Below, piece by piece: positions 46,250-55,800 of a stretch of 64,000 nt of DNA (position 1 is the stretch's first letter; each line of letters begins with the position of its first letter). A program made the translations under genes and the position numbers. Origin of the DNA: Actinomycetes bacterium (GTDB lineage Bacteria; Actinomycetota; Acidimicrobiia; Acidimicrobiales; JAMCPL01); contig JAKAWR010000002.1 of assembly GCA_021816935.1 (NCBI GenBank), positions 3,039 through 67,038 of the forward strand, written 5' to 3'. The notes beneath the pieces are model-generated. The model had not been told where the DNA came from. It did not search any database and saw nothing but the letters and a program-made list of their open reading frames with translations.

Positions 46250-46569
46250 TCCGGCCTCCTTCGTCGCGCCGACACTTCCCGGCGTCCACTTCCCGCCGTC
46301 GACGCCCGGGGATCCGGGCTCTGCATGTCACACCGGACCGGCGGGCTTTGCGGATGTCGGGCTCGGCGGGCTCTCGAATTCATTGTCCGCTCCGCTGCGC
46401 CGAACGGCAAGCGGGAAAGCACCCGTTCAATGGGCGAAAATCCTCCCACGTGGAAATGCTGACGGATCCTGCTCGAGCGGTGAACTCCACTACGCATCGC
46501 GTACGGGCCGCGTGTAGGCCACGTACGGACTGCCCCTTCCCGGCGGCTGGAATGCGCTAGACTTCGTAC

Positions 46570-47346
46570 GTGGATTACACAAGCAGCCGGGGGCATTCCC
46601 CTCGCCAAGACCTCGGGCCCTACCTCGGAGACCTGTCACATTGTCACGAGTTCCGGACCCGAAGATGGTCCGGGGGCGTACCATGCCATGACTCGCGTGA
46701 ACGCGGTGCTCCGATCGCTGCCGGCGCCGGCAAAGGCAAATTGGCCGCAGCATCATTAGCCGCAGCGGCAGCGACGATATCGTTGGCCTTGCTTGCGACC
46801 GCGTGCAGCCCGTCCCGTCCGAGCGCTGCACGTAGCTCCAAACCGGCCACCACGACTACGCGCTCCGCTGCGAGTAAGCCTGGACGGGCGTCTTCAACGT
46901 CAAGCACGACCTCGTCCTCCGGGCCGCGCACCCACACGACCGCGAGCAACACTACTGGCCCGGCTCGAACTGGTACCGGGGGACCCGCCAACTTCTGCTC
47001 CGCGATGGCTCAGTTCCTCTACTTTCCGAAGTCGGGGGCCGGTACGACCGGCGAGTTACTGCGCCTGGAACGCCAGAAGTCGAACGCGGTTGACGCCATG
47101 ATCGTGGATGCTCCCTCTAGCCTGCACGCCGATGCCACGAAGTTCTACGCGGCGGTGCACCCGCCGCTTGCCCAGATCATAGCGGTCCTGGTCACCATCC
47201 CATCTGCCTCCCCTTTGCCCGCACATCCTCCCGCGATCCTCACCAATGCCGGCCGCCAGTTCGAGTCCGCATACTCGAGTACCTCCTCGAAGGTCCTTAT
47301 CACCTGGTACGAGAGGCACTGCCCGCAAGCCAAGCAATCGGGGTAA
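46570..47346 (+). CDS. lipoprotein, paralogue by layout of 36812..37366
   Basis: Lipobox ..ISLALLATAC|SPS, a Thr/Ser linker, and Cys near both domain ends (..PANFCSAM.. ..WYERHCPQAK). The start is uncertain because the first ~50 aa of the track ORF are not signal-like. Confidence 0.55.
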   Translation: MDYTSSRGHSPRQDLGPYLGDLSHCHEFRTRRWSGGVPCHDSRERGAPIAAGAGKGKLAAASLAAAAATISLALLATACSPSRPSAARSSKPATTTTRSAASKPGRASSTSSTTSSSGPRTHTTASNTTGPARTGTGGPANFCSAMAQFLYFPKSGAGTTGELLRLERQKSNAVDAMIVDAPSSLHADATKFYAAVHPPLAQIIAVLVTIPSASPLPAHPPAILTNAGRQFESAYSSTSSKVLITWYERHCPQAKQSG

Positions 47347-47398
47347 GAGCCGCCCGATTCGCTCCCGACGGCAGTTACGGACTCAGGTGGACTCAGGT

Positions 47399-48238
47399 CT
47401 ACTTAGATGCCCTTGCCGCCATATTCCCGACGACGGAAGACTCTACCTGCGTCGGGAACGTGCCGCCCACAGCAAAGAACGTACCCTCCACCACCTCGGA
47501 ACCGCTGCTGAAGAAGGCCATGTAGCCCTCGCCGACAAGTGGCGGGCTGGACATGACCACATCGAAGCTCGCCAGTTGCGAGGTGCCTTTCACCGCCAAG
47601 ACTTGGCGCGTCACTACTGCCTTCACCTTTCCGGTGGTCGTCTCCTCGACGCACTTGAGCCCCGCCGGGCTTCGAAGGTAGGCGATCACGCCGGAGGCGG
47701 CGGCGGCTGAACTCGCAAACGACACCGACGAATCGGCGACATAGAACGTCTCGGGAAGCCCCGCCTGTCCACCAGCCGGAGAGCCGCTACCTGGCGGGGT
47801 GCCGGTAGCACCGCCGGGAGAGCCCGCAACCGGAGCGGGGGGCGAGCCAGCCGAGGCGCTCTGAAGCGGATGGCCGTAGGAGGGGCCGGCCATTGCTATG
47901 TGAGCCGCCGCTATACAGGGAGGGAAGCCACTGAGACCGGAGGACTGTCCGGACTTCAAGAGCGACCACCCGGACGGGAAATCCGAGAGCCGCATGTTGA
48001 CGGACGCGGCAACCGCCTTCTGGGAAGGGGTGAGGGAGGAGTCGTGCGTTGTGGTGGGCACTGTATTGGACTGGTGAGGCGGCTGGGGCTTGCCGGGCCC
48101 GCCCGTACCGCTGAGCGGGGGCGTGGTCTTGTGATGCACGCTATTTCGCGACGGCGAGCTACCGCACCCTGCCGTCACTACCGCCGCCGCTAGCAACATC
48201 GCTGCCGGCTTCAGTGCTGCACGAGCGCGCGCTTGCAT
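47399..48238 (-). CDS. lipoprotein immediately downstream of the PilX-like giant (module B)
   Basis: Lipobox ..AAAVVTAGC|GSS. It lies 19 nt after the stop of 48258..51500. Counterpart of 37411..38550. Confidence 0.6.
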   Translation of the reverse strand: MQARARAALKPAAMLLAAAVVTAGCGSSPSRNSVHHKTTPPLSGTGGPGKPQPPHQSNTVPTTTHDSSLTPSQKAVAASVNMRLSDFPSGWSLLKSGQSSGLSGFPPCIAAAHIAMAGPSYGHPLQSASAGSPPAPVAGSPGGATGTPPGSGSPAGGQAGLPETFYVADSSVSFASSAAAASGVIAYLRSPAGLKCVEETTTGKVKAVVTRQVLAVKGTSQLASFDVVMSSPPLVGEGYMAFFSSGSEVVEGTFFAVGGTFPTQVESSVVGNMAARASK

Positions 48239-48257
48239 ACGATCAGCTCGAGCCGGC

Positions 48258-51200
48258 CTACGGCTGGAGAGAAGCTGGCACTGCAGTCTCTACATACGAC
48301 CCCGACATCTCGGTCCAGGGACTCCCGGCCGACGACAGCAAGTACGGCGGCGGGTTCAACAGCTCGGACGGGTCGTAACTGAAGTCAACCGTCTTGTAGC
48401 CGGACGGGACGAAACACGCGTACTGGCAACCCGAAGGATAGCCCCCTAGCAAGCCGCCGACCCCACCTGGGAAGAACTCGAAGTGGCTGAGCGACAACCC
48501 CGCGTTCTGGAGCGAGTTCGCGTACTGCTCCACCACTGAACCCACCGTCGTGAGGGTGCCAAGGCCGTGGGTACCGCCGCTGAAACTGCCCTGCCCGTAG
48601 GGGCAGAGGTTGACCGTGTTCCCGGTGGGCTGACTGCCGCAGTCCCAGTACGACGTCGTATCGCTGATCGGTGTGGCATAGACGTTGCCCACAGTCGGGT
48701 TCTGCAGGGTGAACGACCCGTTGACGATGCCAAGGTTCGGGTAGTCCATGGTCGAGCTCTCCGACGAGGAGGCGGACACCATCGGACTCGAGTTGGAGGC
48801 AAGAACCAGAGCGTCGACGGTCGGGTTGTACACCGACGAGAACGGGTTCACGGGGCCGTGCGTGAAGGTGGACTCGTACTTCTGCAGGACAGCCTCGTAA
48901 CCGCCGTCGCACGGCGATATGCCGAGCACGTTGCAGATGTCCTGGATGCCGGCACTGAGGCCCATCGCGCCGTAGTCGTAATAGTACGAGAGCCACTGGC
49001 CTCCACAGGAGTCCAGAATCCCGGCAATGAAGTCGTTCCAGGCCTGGCTCCAGTTGCCGCTGAGTATGGCCGTCCAGTTGAAGCTGAAAGAGACGTTCCA
49101 GTTGTTGCACGTGGGGTGCGCAGGTCGAGCGGGCGGAGCTGGTGCGTTGGTGTTCGTGTTCGCCCAGTTGTCCTCGAGACTCGTCACCGTGCACGTCGAC
49201 TCGCTCGCCGATGCACGCGTTACGGGACTTGAGATCGAGCCGTTACCATTCGAAGGCGCGTTGACCCCGCAGAAGTCCTTGTACTCCACACCGTATGCCC
49301 ATGTGGAAATATCGTACATCGCGTCCTCGAAACAGGTCCCCCAGGTGGCGACGTTCCAGGCCGCGCAGGATCCCGACGGGGCTGAAAGCGGCGACACGGG
49401 CGGCAACGGCACGGAATTGGGCTCTGGCGTGCCGCCTGTACCCGGATCGCCCTGTTCCCAGCCCGCACACGGATTGGTTGAGCCCCCCGGGTTCCAGCCC
49501 GCTCCGTTTACGACGCTGCTGGAAGCAGGGCAGTTGTTGTCGTTCTGGCTGGCGTCGACCGGATGCACGACGACGACGTTGCCCTGCGGGTAATACGTCC
49601 CGTTCGCATCGGTTGCCGGGTTCACGAGCTCGATGTTGCCACCGGGTGCAAGCCCCAGGGTGTCCGGGCAGCTCGCCGGCACGGGCGTACCTGGCGGGTT
49701 GGTTGATGCCGCGCAGGCGTAGATGAGGTTCCCCGTCACGACGATGTCATTGGACGCGCCGATAGTGAGCTTGCCTGACAGCGTCCCCTGTACGAGCGCG
49801 TCGCCCCAGAGGCAGTTGTGGTTCTGCAACAGGTTGTCGATCCCGTAGGGAAGGGATGAGACCCCGTATACATTGGGCACGATCGAACTCGACGAGAACG
49901 GGATGCAACTTCCCGTCGCGACATTGGACACGTATATCACCGAGGGCACAGCCGCTGATCCGCCGGTGGTCGGGCAGGAGCCTGCAGGCGTGTTCGGGCT
50001 CCAGGCCTGGAACGACGTGCCGTTGAGCTGGATGAACGTGGGTCCGAAGTAATGGCATCCCCCGGTGGCCGAGGCATTGACCCTGATCGCCTCGAAGTCC
50101 GGAACGGGAGGCGTCAGCGAGGTCACCGTTTTCGTAGCCGGCGGCGAGGTGACGTTCGCACACCCCGAGAGAATCGGTATGTCCCAGGTGTAGTCCTGCC
50201 ACGGTGTCGGGATCGACCCCGACCATGACCAGGCGAAGAGGTCGTTCCCAAGGCTGTGGTTCGGATTGTAGGACTGGGGCGGGCCAGTGGCCGAAGACGA
50301 GTACTGGGGAAGGATCCCCGCCTTGGAGCTCGTGAGCTCGATGGTGGCGCTGTTCAAGTTCGAGGTGGAGCCGCTCGGGCTGCAGGTGTAGAGCGAGTCG
50401 TTCGAGTATACCTTCCCACTCATGTTCGTGGTCATGCCGTAATAGCCGTTGTACATGTCATTGACGTTGCAGAGCAACGGGAAGGGACCATACGCCGGTC
50501 CGAGGAAGGTCTGGACGTCTGTTATCAGCGAATTAACCGCGCTCTCTATGCTGTTGTACATCTCCTGGCCGAGAGGGTAGCCGAAGATGCTGAACGACGC
50601 GAGGCCCTTCAGATACTGGGCCATCTCGTTGTCCACCATTGTAGTGAGTATCGGGCTGTCCAGCAGCGATAGGATCGTGTTCGACTGGTAGGCGTGGTAG
50701 TTGCACATGTAGAAGCCGAGCTTGACCGCTCCGACCGGCCCGTTGCCGAGGAACTCGCTCATCAGCGACTTCATCGAGGCAGGCAGGCTGCCTGACACGA
50801 GGGACACCACCCATTCTATGAAGGTGAACGCGGCGGCATTGGTGTACGCAAAGGGGCTGGAGGTCTCGTAATTCGTGAAATAAGAGTACGAGAGGGCGGG
50901 GTTATCGAAGTTCGACTCGACGGTGCGATAGCGGTAGTGTCCGGGCGAGCCGGCCCGTCCCGTGACCTTTGCCGTGATATACCCGCTGGAGGCATTCGAG
51001 GTATCGACCCTGAAAACATACGACTCATTCAGGCCACCTCCGGCAGAAGCCGACCCTGGTACGGGTGCCCAGCCGCCGTACGCGTTGTTCGGCCCCTTGT
51101 ACGTAGACGGGCAACTCGACGACGAACCGAAATAGAACCCGTCCCACTGACCGCTCGACGGCGCTGTACACTGGGCGTCGTTGTAGGACACGTTCGATAT

Positions 51201-51500
51201 ATTCTCCGTCAGCAGCGAAACGTAGCTATCCATGCCCGTCTGCGCTGCTGCAAGCGCAGCCTTCGAGTTCTGCACGGAAAGAGCGATCGGAATCTGGCCG
51301 GACACCCCGTTGAAGATCACCATGGGCACCAGCGCCAGCACGACGATCAGCATGATAGCCATGATCATCGCCTGCCCTGCCGACTCCCTTGCGCTCGTTG
51401 CCAGCCGGCGAACCGGCCGCCGGCCGAGGCGCGGTCTCGGTCTCGGTACCCCCCCGCGACTTACTACCTGCCGTACTCCCGTAGTCGAAGCCGATCTCAT
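48258..51500 (-). CDS. giant PilX/GspK-like minor-pilin-type protein (module B), 1080 aa
   Basis: ..ARESAGQAMIMAIMLIVVLALVPMVIF..NSKAALAAAQTGMDSYVSLL. It shares long collinear blocks with 38560..41817: ALSY..FTNYET.SP, CNYHAY, GPFP..CN.ND.Y, GPTFIQL, HNC.WGDA.VQGTL.G.LTI.A.N.I...GN.IYACA, CPD.LGLAPGGN and SHFEFF. Confidence 0.72.
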   Translation of the reverse strand: MRSASTTGVRQVVSRGGVPRPRPRLGRRPVRRLATSARESAGQAMIMAIMLIVVLALVPMVIFNGVSGQIPIALSVQNSKAALAAAQTGMDSYVSLLTENISNVSYNDAQCTAPSSGQWDGFYFGSSSSCPSTYKGPNNAYGGWAPVPGSASAGGGLNESYVFRVDTSNASSGYITAKVTGRAGSPGHYRYRTVESNFDNPALSYSYFTNYETSSPFAYTNAAAFTFIEWVVSLVSGSLPASMKSLMSEFLGNGPVGAVKLGFYMCNYHAYQSNTILSLLDSPILTTMVDNEMAQYLKGLASFSIFGYPLGQEMYNSIESAVNSLITDVQTFLGPAYGPFPLLCNVNDMYNGYYGMTTNMSGKVYSNDSLYTCSPSGSTSNLNSATIELTSSKAGILPQYSSSATGPPQSYNPNHSLGNDLFAWSWSGSIPTPWQDYTWDIPILSGCANVTSPPATKTVTSLTPPVPDFEAIRVNASATGGCHYFGPTFIQLNGTSFQAWSPNTPAGSCPTTGGSAAVPSVIYVSNVATGSCIPFSSSSIVPNVYGVSSLPYGIDNLLQNHNCLWGDALVQGTLSGKLTIGASNDIVVTGNLIYACAASTNPPGTPVPASCPDTLGLAPGGNIELVNPATDANGTYYPQGNVVVVHPVDASQNDNNCPASSSVVNGAGWNPGGSTNPCAGWEQGDPGTGGTPEPNSVPLPPVSPLSAPSGSCAAWNVATWGTCFEDAMYDISTWAYGVEYKDFCGVNAPSNGNGSISSPVTRASASESTCTVTSLEDNWANTNTNAPAPPARPAHPTCNNWNVSFSFNWTAILSGNWSQAWNDFIAGILDSCGGQWLSYYYDYGAMGLSAGIQDICNVLGISPCDGGYEAVLQKYESTFTHGPVNPFSSVYNPTVDALVLASNSSPMVSASSSESSTMDYPNLGIVNGSFTLQNPTVGNVYATPISDTTSYWDCGSQPTGNTVNLCPYGQGSFSGGTHGLGTLTTVGSVVEQYANSLQNAGLSLSHFEFFPGGVGGLLGGYPSGCQYACFVPSGYKTVDFSYDPSELLNPPPYLLSSAGSPWTEMSGSYVETAVPASLQP

Positions 51501-51576
51501 CCGGCACTCACCTCCAACTCAATCGTTTCCCGGGAAATCGCATTCTGCACCAACGCTTCATCCATGGTGCCGTCCA

Positions 51577-52596
51577 TCAGAAGCCTCCTGCTCCGAAGCC
51601 TGACGCCGATGCGATGTTCTGCAATACGACCTGTTCGCTGACCGTCACGGGTGCGCCGGCGGCCGAAACCGCCCCCTGCACGTTCCGGAAGCGCTGCATC
51701 CTCACGTCGAAGCCGATCGCATCGATGTTCTGCGGGAAGTCTCCACTCGTCCCGCTGGTACCCGTCAGATTGCCGCCGGTGGCACCGGACCAGTAGGTGA
51801 AAAGCGGCAACGACGACAGCTCGGAACAACTCGGACAGCTGAACGTGTACGGATTGGGGGCGAACACCACATCGGGGACATCAGCCACGATCTTCGCGCT
51901 CGATCCCCAAGACGAAGGAAGGAAACCCGCACCGCCCGAGCAACTGGCCGGAGCCGCTGACGGCGGGCTGCTGCTCGGTCCGTTCGGGCTTACGTACGCG
52001 TGCAGGGTGTACTCCGTCCGCTCCAGAAGCGGCGTCGTCACCTGGTTCCATGTGCCCGGATTGGCCCAGCTACTCGTCACCACGTTTCCGCTGGAGTCCG
52101 TGAGGTACAGGTAGACCCAGGTCCCACCCAACGCTTCCGGCGGTTCCGAGTACAGGATCGCTTCGTAAGGACATGCCAGCCAAACCGCAGTACCCGGAGC
52201 TGTGCCCCAATTGATCACCGGTGGCGCCGGGACGACCGCGGCGCGCAGCAAAGGCGGGATCGACGAGAGGGCCTGCTCTCCGTCCCCGAGGCCGGTGAGC
52301 GTCCTCATGGACACGGCCTGGTTCTGGAGGTACGCCCCCGCAGTCACGAGAACCATGGCAATGACGATGAGGAAGATGAAGCTTGCCACCATCAGTTCTA
52401 TCAGGGTGAAACCGCCGTCGACGCCCGGGGAGCGCCCCCCGTCAGCACATACCTCCACCGGTTGCCCGGCACGCTGCAATAGGCGCCGGAAACGCGCATC
52501 GTGTGCTACTCGCTGCGGCAGCATGCCTCGCCTGCAAGGCAGGCTACTCGCTCGCGCGTCACCGGAAAGCACGCGTACGGATCCATCTGGACTCAC
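51577..52596 (-). CDS. prepilin-type N-terminal cleavage/methylation domain protein, PilW-like position (module B)
   Basis: ..SPGVDGG|FTLIELMVASFIFLIVIAMVLVTAG (Glu+5). A possible GTG start at 52458 would give a 16-aa leader. Confidence 0.72.
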   Translation of the reverse strand: MSPDGSVRVLSGDARASSLPCRRGMLPQRVAHDARFRRLLQRAGQPVEVCADGGRSPGVDGGFTLIELMVASFIFLIVIAMVLVTAGAYLQNQAVSMRTLTGLGDGEQALSSIPPLLRAAVVPAPPVINWGTAPGTAVWLACPYEAILYSEPPEALGGTWVYLYLTDSSGNVVTSSWANPGTWNQVTTPLLERTEYTLHAYVSPNGPSSSPPSAAPASCSGGAGFLPSSWGSSAKIVADVPDVVFAPNPYTFSCPSCSELSSLPLFTYWSGATGGNLTGTSGTSGDFPQNIDAIGFDVRMQRFRNVQGAVSAAGAPVTVSEQVVLQNIASASGFGAGGF

Positions 52597-52632
52597 ACTG
52601 ACATTATCGGGGCTTGCCCTCCGTGTGTCTAG

Positions 52633-52689
52633 TACGTGAAACTACCCGTATGCAGGCAGGCGACCTACGCATTCGGGTGATTTCACGTA
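52633..52689. promoter_or_regulatory. 9-bp inverted repeat in the AT-richer divergent promoter region of module B
   Basis: tacgtgaaa (52633-52641) and tttcacgta (52681-52689), between the divergent genes 51577..52596 (-) and 52854..56756 (+). Confidence 0.35.
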
Positions 52690-52853
52690 TAGACTTACTT
52701 ACGTCACTCCCAGCATAATCGTTATGTGTGGGTTAATTCGATTTGCGGTCACGACCACAGACGCCGTGTCGCGTTGTCGCTTCCGGCAACCGCGGGTGGC
52801 CCCGGTGAACGTGAACGTAGGCTGCACCCGCTCGGCACGGAGCGCCCGTCGGC

Positions 52854-55800
52854 ATGGATGACCATCGGGAAGGCCGCAACCGGGAAGCTGCCGGCATGAC
52901 CCGGTCGCGCTCTTCGCTCCCTGTCCGGAGGCTGCGCCTACGCCAGAGCGAGGGGATGACCCTCGTAGAGGTGCTTATCGCCATCTTCCTGATCGTCATG
53001 GTACTTGCGCCGGCTGCCGCCCTCCTGACAAATGAGATCGGTGTGACCCAGTCCACGAAGCACCGCACGGTGGCTGCCGGCTTGGCCACCTCTACCCTCA
53101 ACTGTACCGAGGCAAGTCATCTGTCGCAGTTGGAAGGCCAGCTGGGCATCGACAGCAGCGGCCTCACATATACCCCCCCACCGGCCTCCCAACAGGCCCC
53201 CTGCACCCTGAATCTCGGCTCCCAGTACGAGGTAGCGGGATCTCCCGGCACCACCCGCTGGGGATCATCGACAACGAACACCGCCGGCACCCCGTGCCAG
53301 AGCGGCGCTGCCGGTCCGGGCCTGCCCAACCTTTACGACAGCACTGCGTGCGTTCAGGAGACCGACTCCGTCTCGAACTCGGGCATCAACCTCGAGCGAA
53401 CGCAGACGATGCAATTCGTCACTGCGGCATCCGGAGGGGGCGAGACCATCCCGGTCAAGAACACCTGCTACGGCGGAACATTGAACAACAGTCCTCCCAT
53501 CATGCTGGAGACCACCACCACGGTGTCCTGGCCGCAGCACGGCAAGGCCGCGGGAACGCCCGGGGCAGCCGCCACGGCCCAGTCGCGCCTCTTCACCCCC
53601 TCTCAGATCGACGTCGAAGTGTACAGCACGTCTGCAACGCCTCCGGGCCCATACAACGGAGCGTCGGTGACCATAAGCGGGCCGACGACCATGAGCACCC
53701 TCGTTACGGGCACGACCGGGTGCGTGTCGTTCGTCGGGATCGCCCAGGGCAACTACACCGTTACGGCAAAGAGCGGGTCGACGACGCTCGGATCGCAGGG
53801 CGTCGACGTGACCCCGGGGAGTATCCACGGCATAGTTATCATGACTGCCACCAACTGCACCACACTCGGCAACTGCCCCGCCCCGCCGGGGGGACCGCCG
53901 GTCGTCGACGGTATTTACCCCACCGAAGGCCCCATCGCCGGGGGGAACACCGTTTACATCTGCGGCAATAACTTCAGTGACGGAAGCGCCGGGACCACCA
54001 CGACGGTATCGAGCGTCTTCTTCGGCGCCGACAGCGACCCTAACCGCCAGGCAGCCCAGTACACGCTCCTCGGCAGCGTTCCCACCGAGGTTACGGACAA
54101 CATGTCGACCTGCGACCCGGGCGCTTCGACACCGCTTCAGGTGCTGCAGGTCACAGCGCCGGCGTGGGCGGACGCCAGCCAGCCGGGTGGTGGCAACGTC
54201 AACGTCGTGGTGGCAAACTCGGTCGGCGAGGCGTCGAACCAGCCGTTGTACACATACACAGCCCTGCCCATCATCTACACGATCTCGGAGAACCAGTGCA
54301 CACCCACTCCGTCGGGTTGCGTGACAAACAGCATCCCGACGGGCTGGAACTGCTCTTCGAGCACGGATTGCTACAACCCCTGCTTCCCGGCGGCGTCTGC
54401 GTGCGGACCGGTAGGAACCGCATCGGGAGGCCAGTTCCTGGAACTCTACGGCTATAACTTCTCAGGGGTCAACAACGTCGCGTTCTGCATCTTCCTCCCG
54501 TCGCCGCCATCGTCGGGAGGGCAGCCCTTCGCCGGGATCGGACCAAACATCTATTCGGGTACGCTGTCGGGCCTCAACCCCAGCAATGCGACCACCGAGC
54601 AGCAGCAGCTCTTCCAGAACGGCAACAACTCGAACTGCGGGCTCGTCGATGCCACTTTCCAGGTCCAGAGCGACTCCGAGATAACCCTCCAGACGCCGTC
54701 GGACTGGTTCTACTGCCCGATCGGGAACCCCGGCCTCTACGTCAGCTACTTCAACTTCTGCACCGGCCTCGACATCCCCGAGAACTCCGCCCACAACTAC
54801 GCTGCCCTTTTCGTGACCAGCCAGTACACGAGCCAGTCCGGCCAGTCCGCAGGCAGCAGCTGCAGTACCGCCGGTTCCTGCACATTGAACGTCTCTCCCG
54901 CAGGCGGTACCCAGGGCTGTCCCGAAACCAATACCTACCCGGCACCCCCGGCGCCCTACCTGCCCGCCATCGGGAACGGCGTCACGTGCTGGTACCATTT
55001 CGATTCCCAGGGCGAGCCGCCCATCAATTACACCGACAACGCCTGCGACGCCGCCGGCAACCCGCTCGGCTACTGCCTCCTCGATACGGACGAGGCGGCT
55101 GACGGGACCGGGATACTCAACACCGACACCGTCGACCCGTACACCTGGACCGACAACGCTTGCGACATGGGCCAAGAGAACGGATGGACGGTAGGGGGAA
55201 CGTGTGCGAGCGAGCCGGACGGAGACGGGGTCGAACCGCCGCCCACCTATTCGGACAACCAGTGCGACGCCGCCGGCAACCCGCTCGGGTGGTGCTACAC
55301 CGACACCGATGCTCTGGCCGATGCTACGAGCACCGGCAACGGTGACGCCACCGACCAAGTCAACTGGACCGACAACGCCTGTGACGCCGCGGGCAACCCG
55401 GGGTGGGCGGGCTGCAACGGGAACGAACCGCCGAATGGTTCCGACGGGGACGGCGAGTACCAGATCTGGAGCAACGAACCTGGTATCAACTGGAGCGACG
55501 ACCTCGCTTGCGACGCCAACGGCAACCCCAGTTGGTGCAACACCGACAGCGACGGGTTGGCCGATTCCACGGGCACCGGCAACGGTGACGCCACCGACCA
55601 AGTCAACTGGACCGACAACGCCTGTGACGCCGCGGGCAACCCGGGGTGGGCGGGCTGCAACGGGAACGAACCGCCGGGAGGATGCGACGAGTGCTATTGG
55701 GGTGAGTACGAGTACCAGATCTGGACAGGCGAGCCGGGCACCAGCTGGGACGACAATACCTGCGACGCAGCCAACAACGGAGCGCTTTCCGGGTGCCAGG

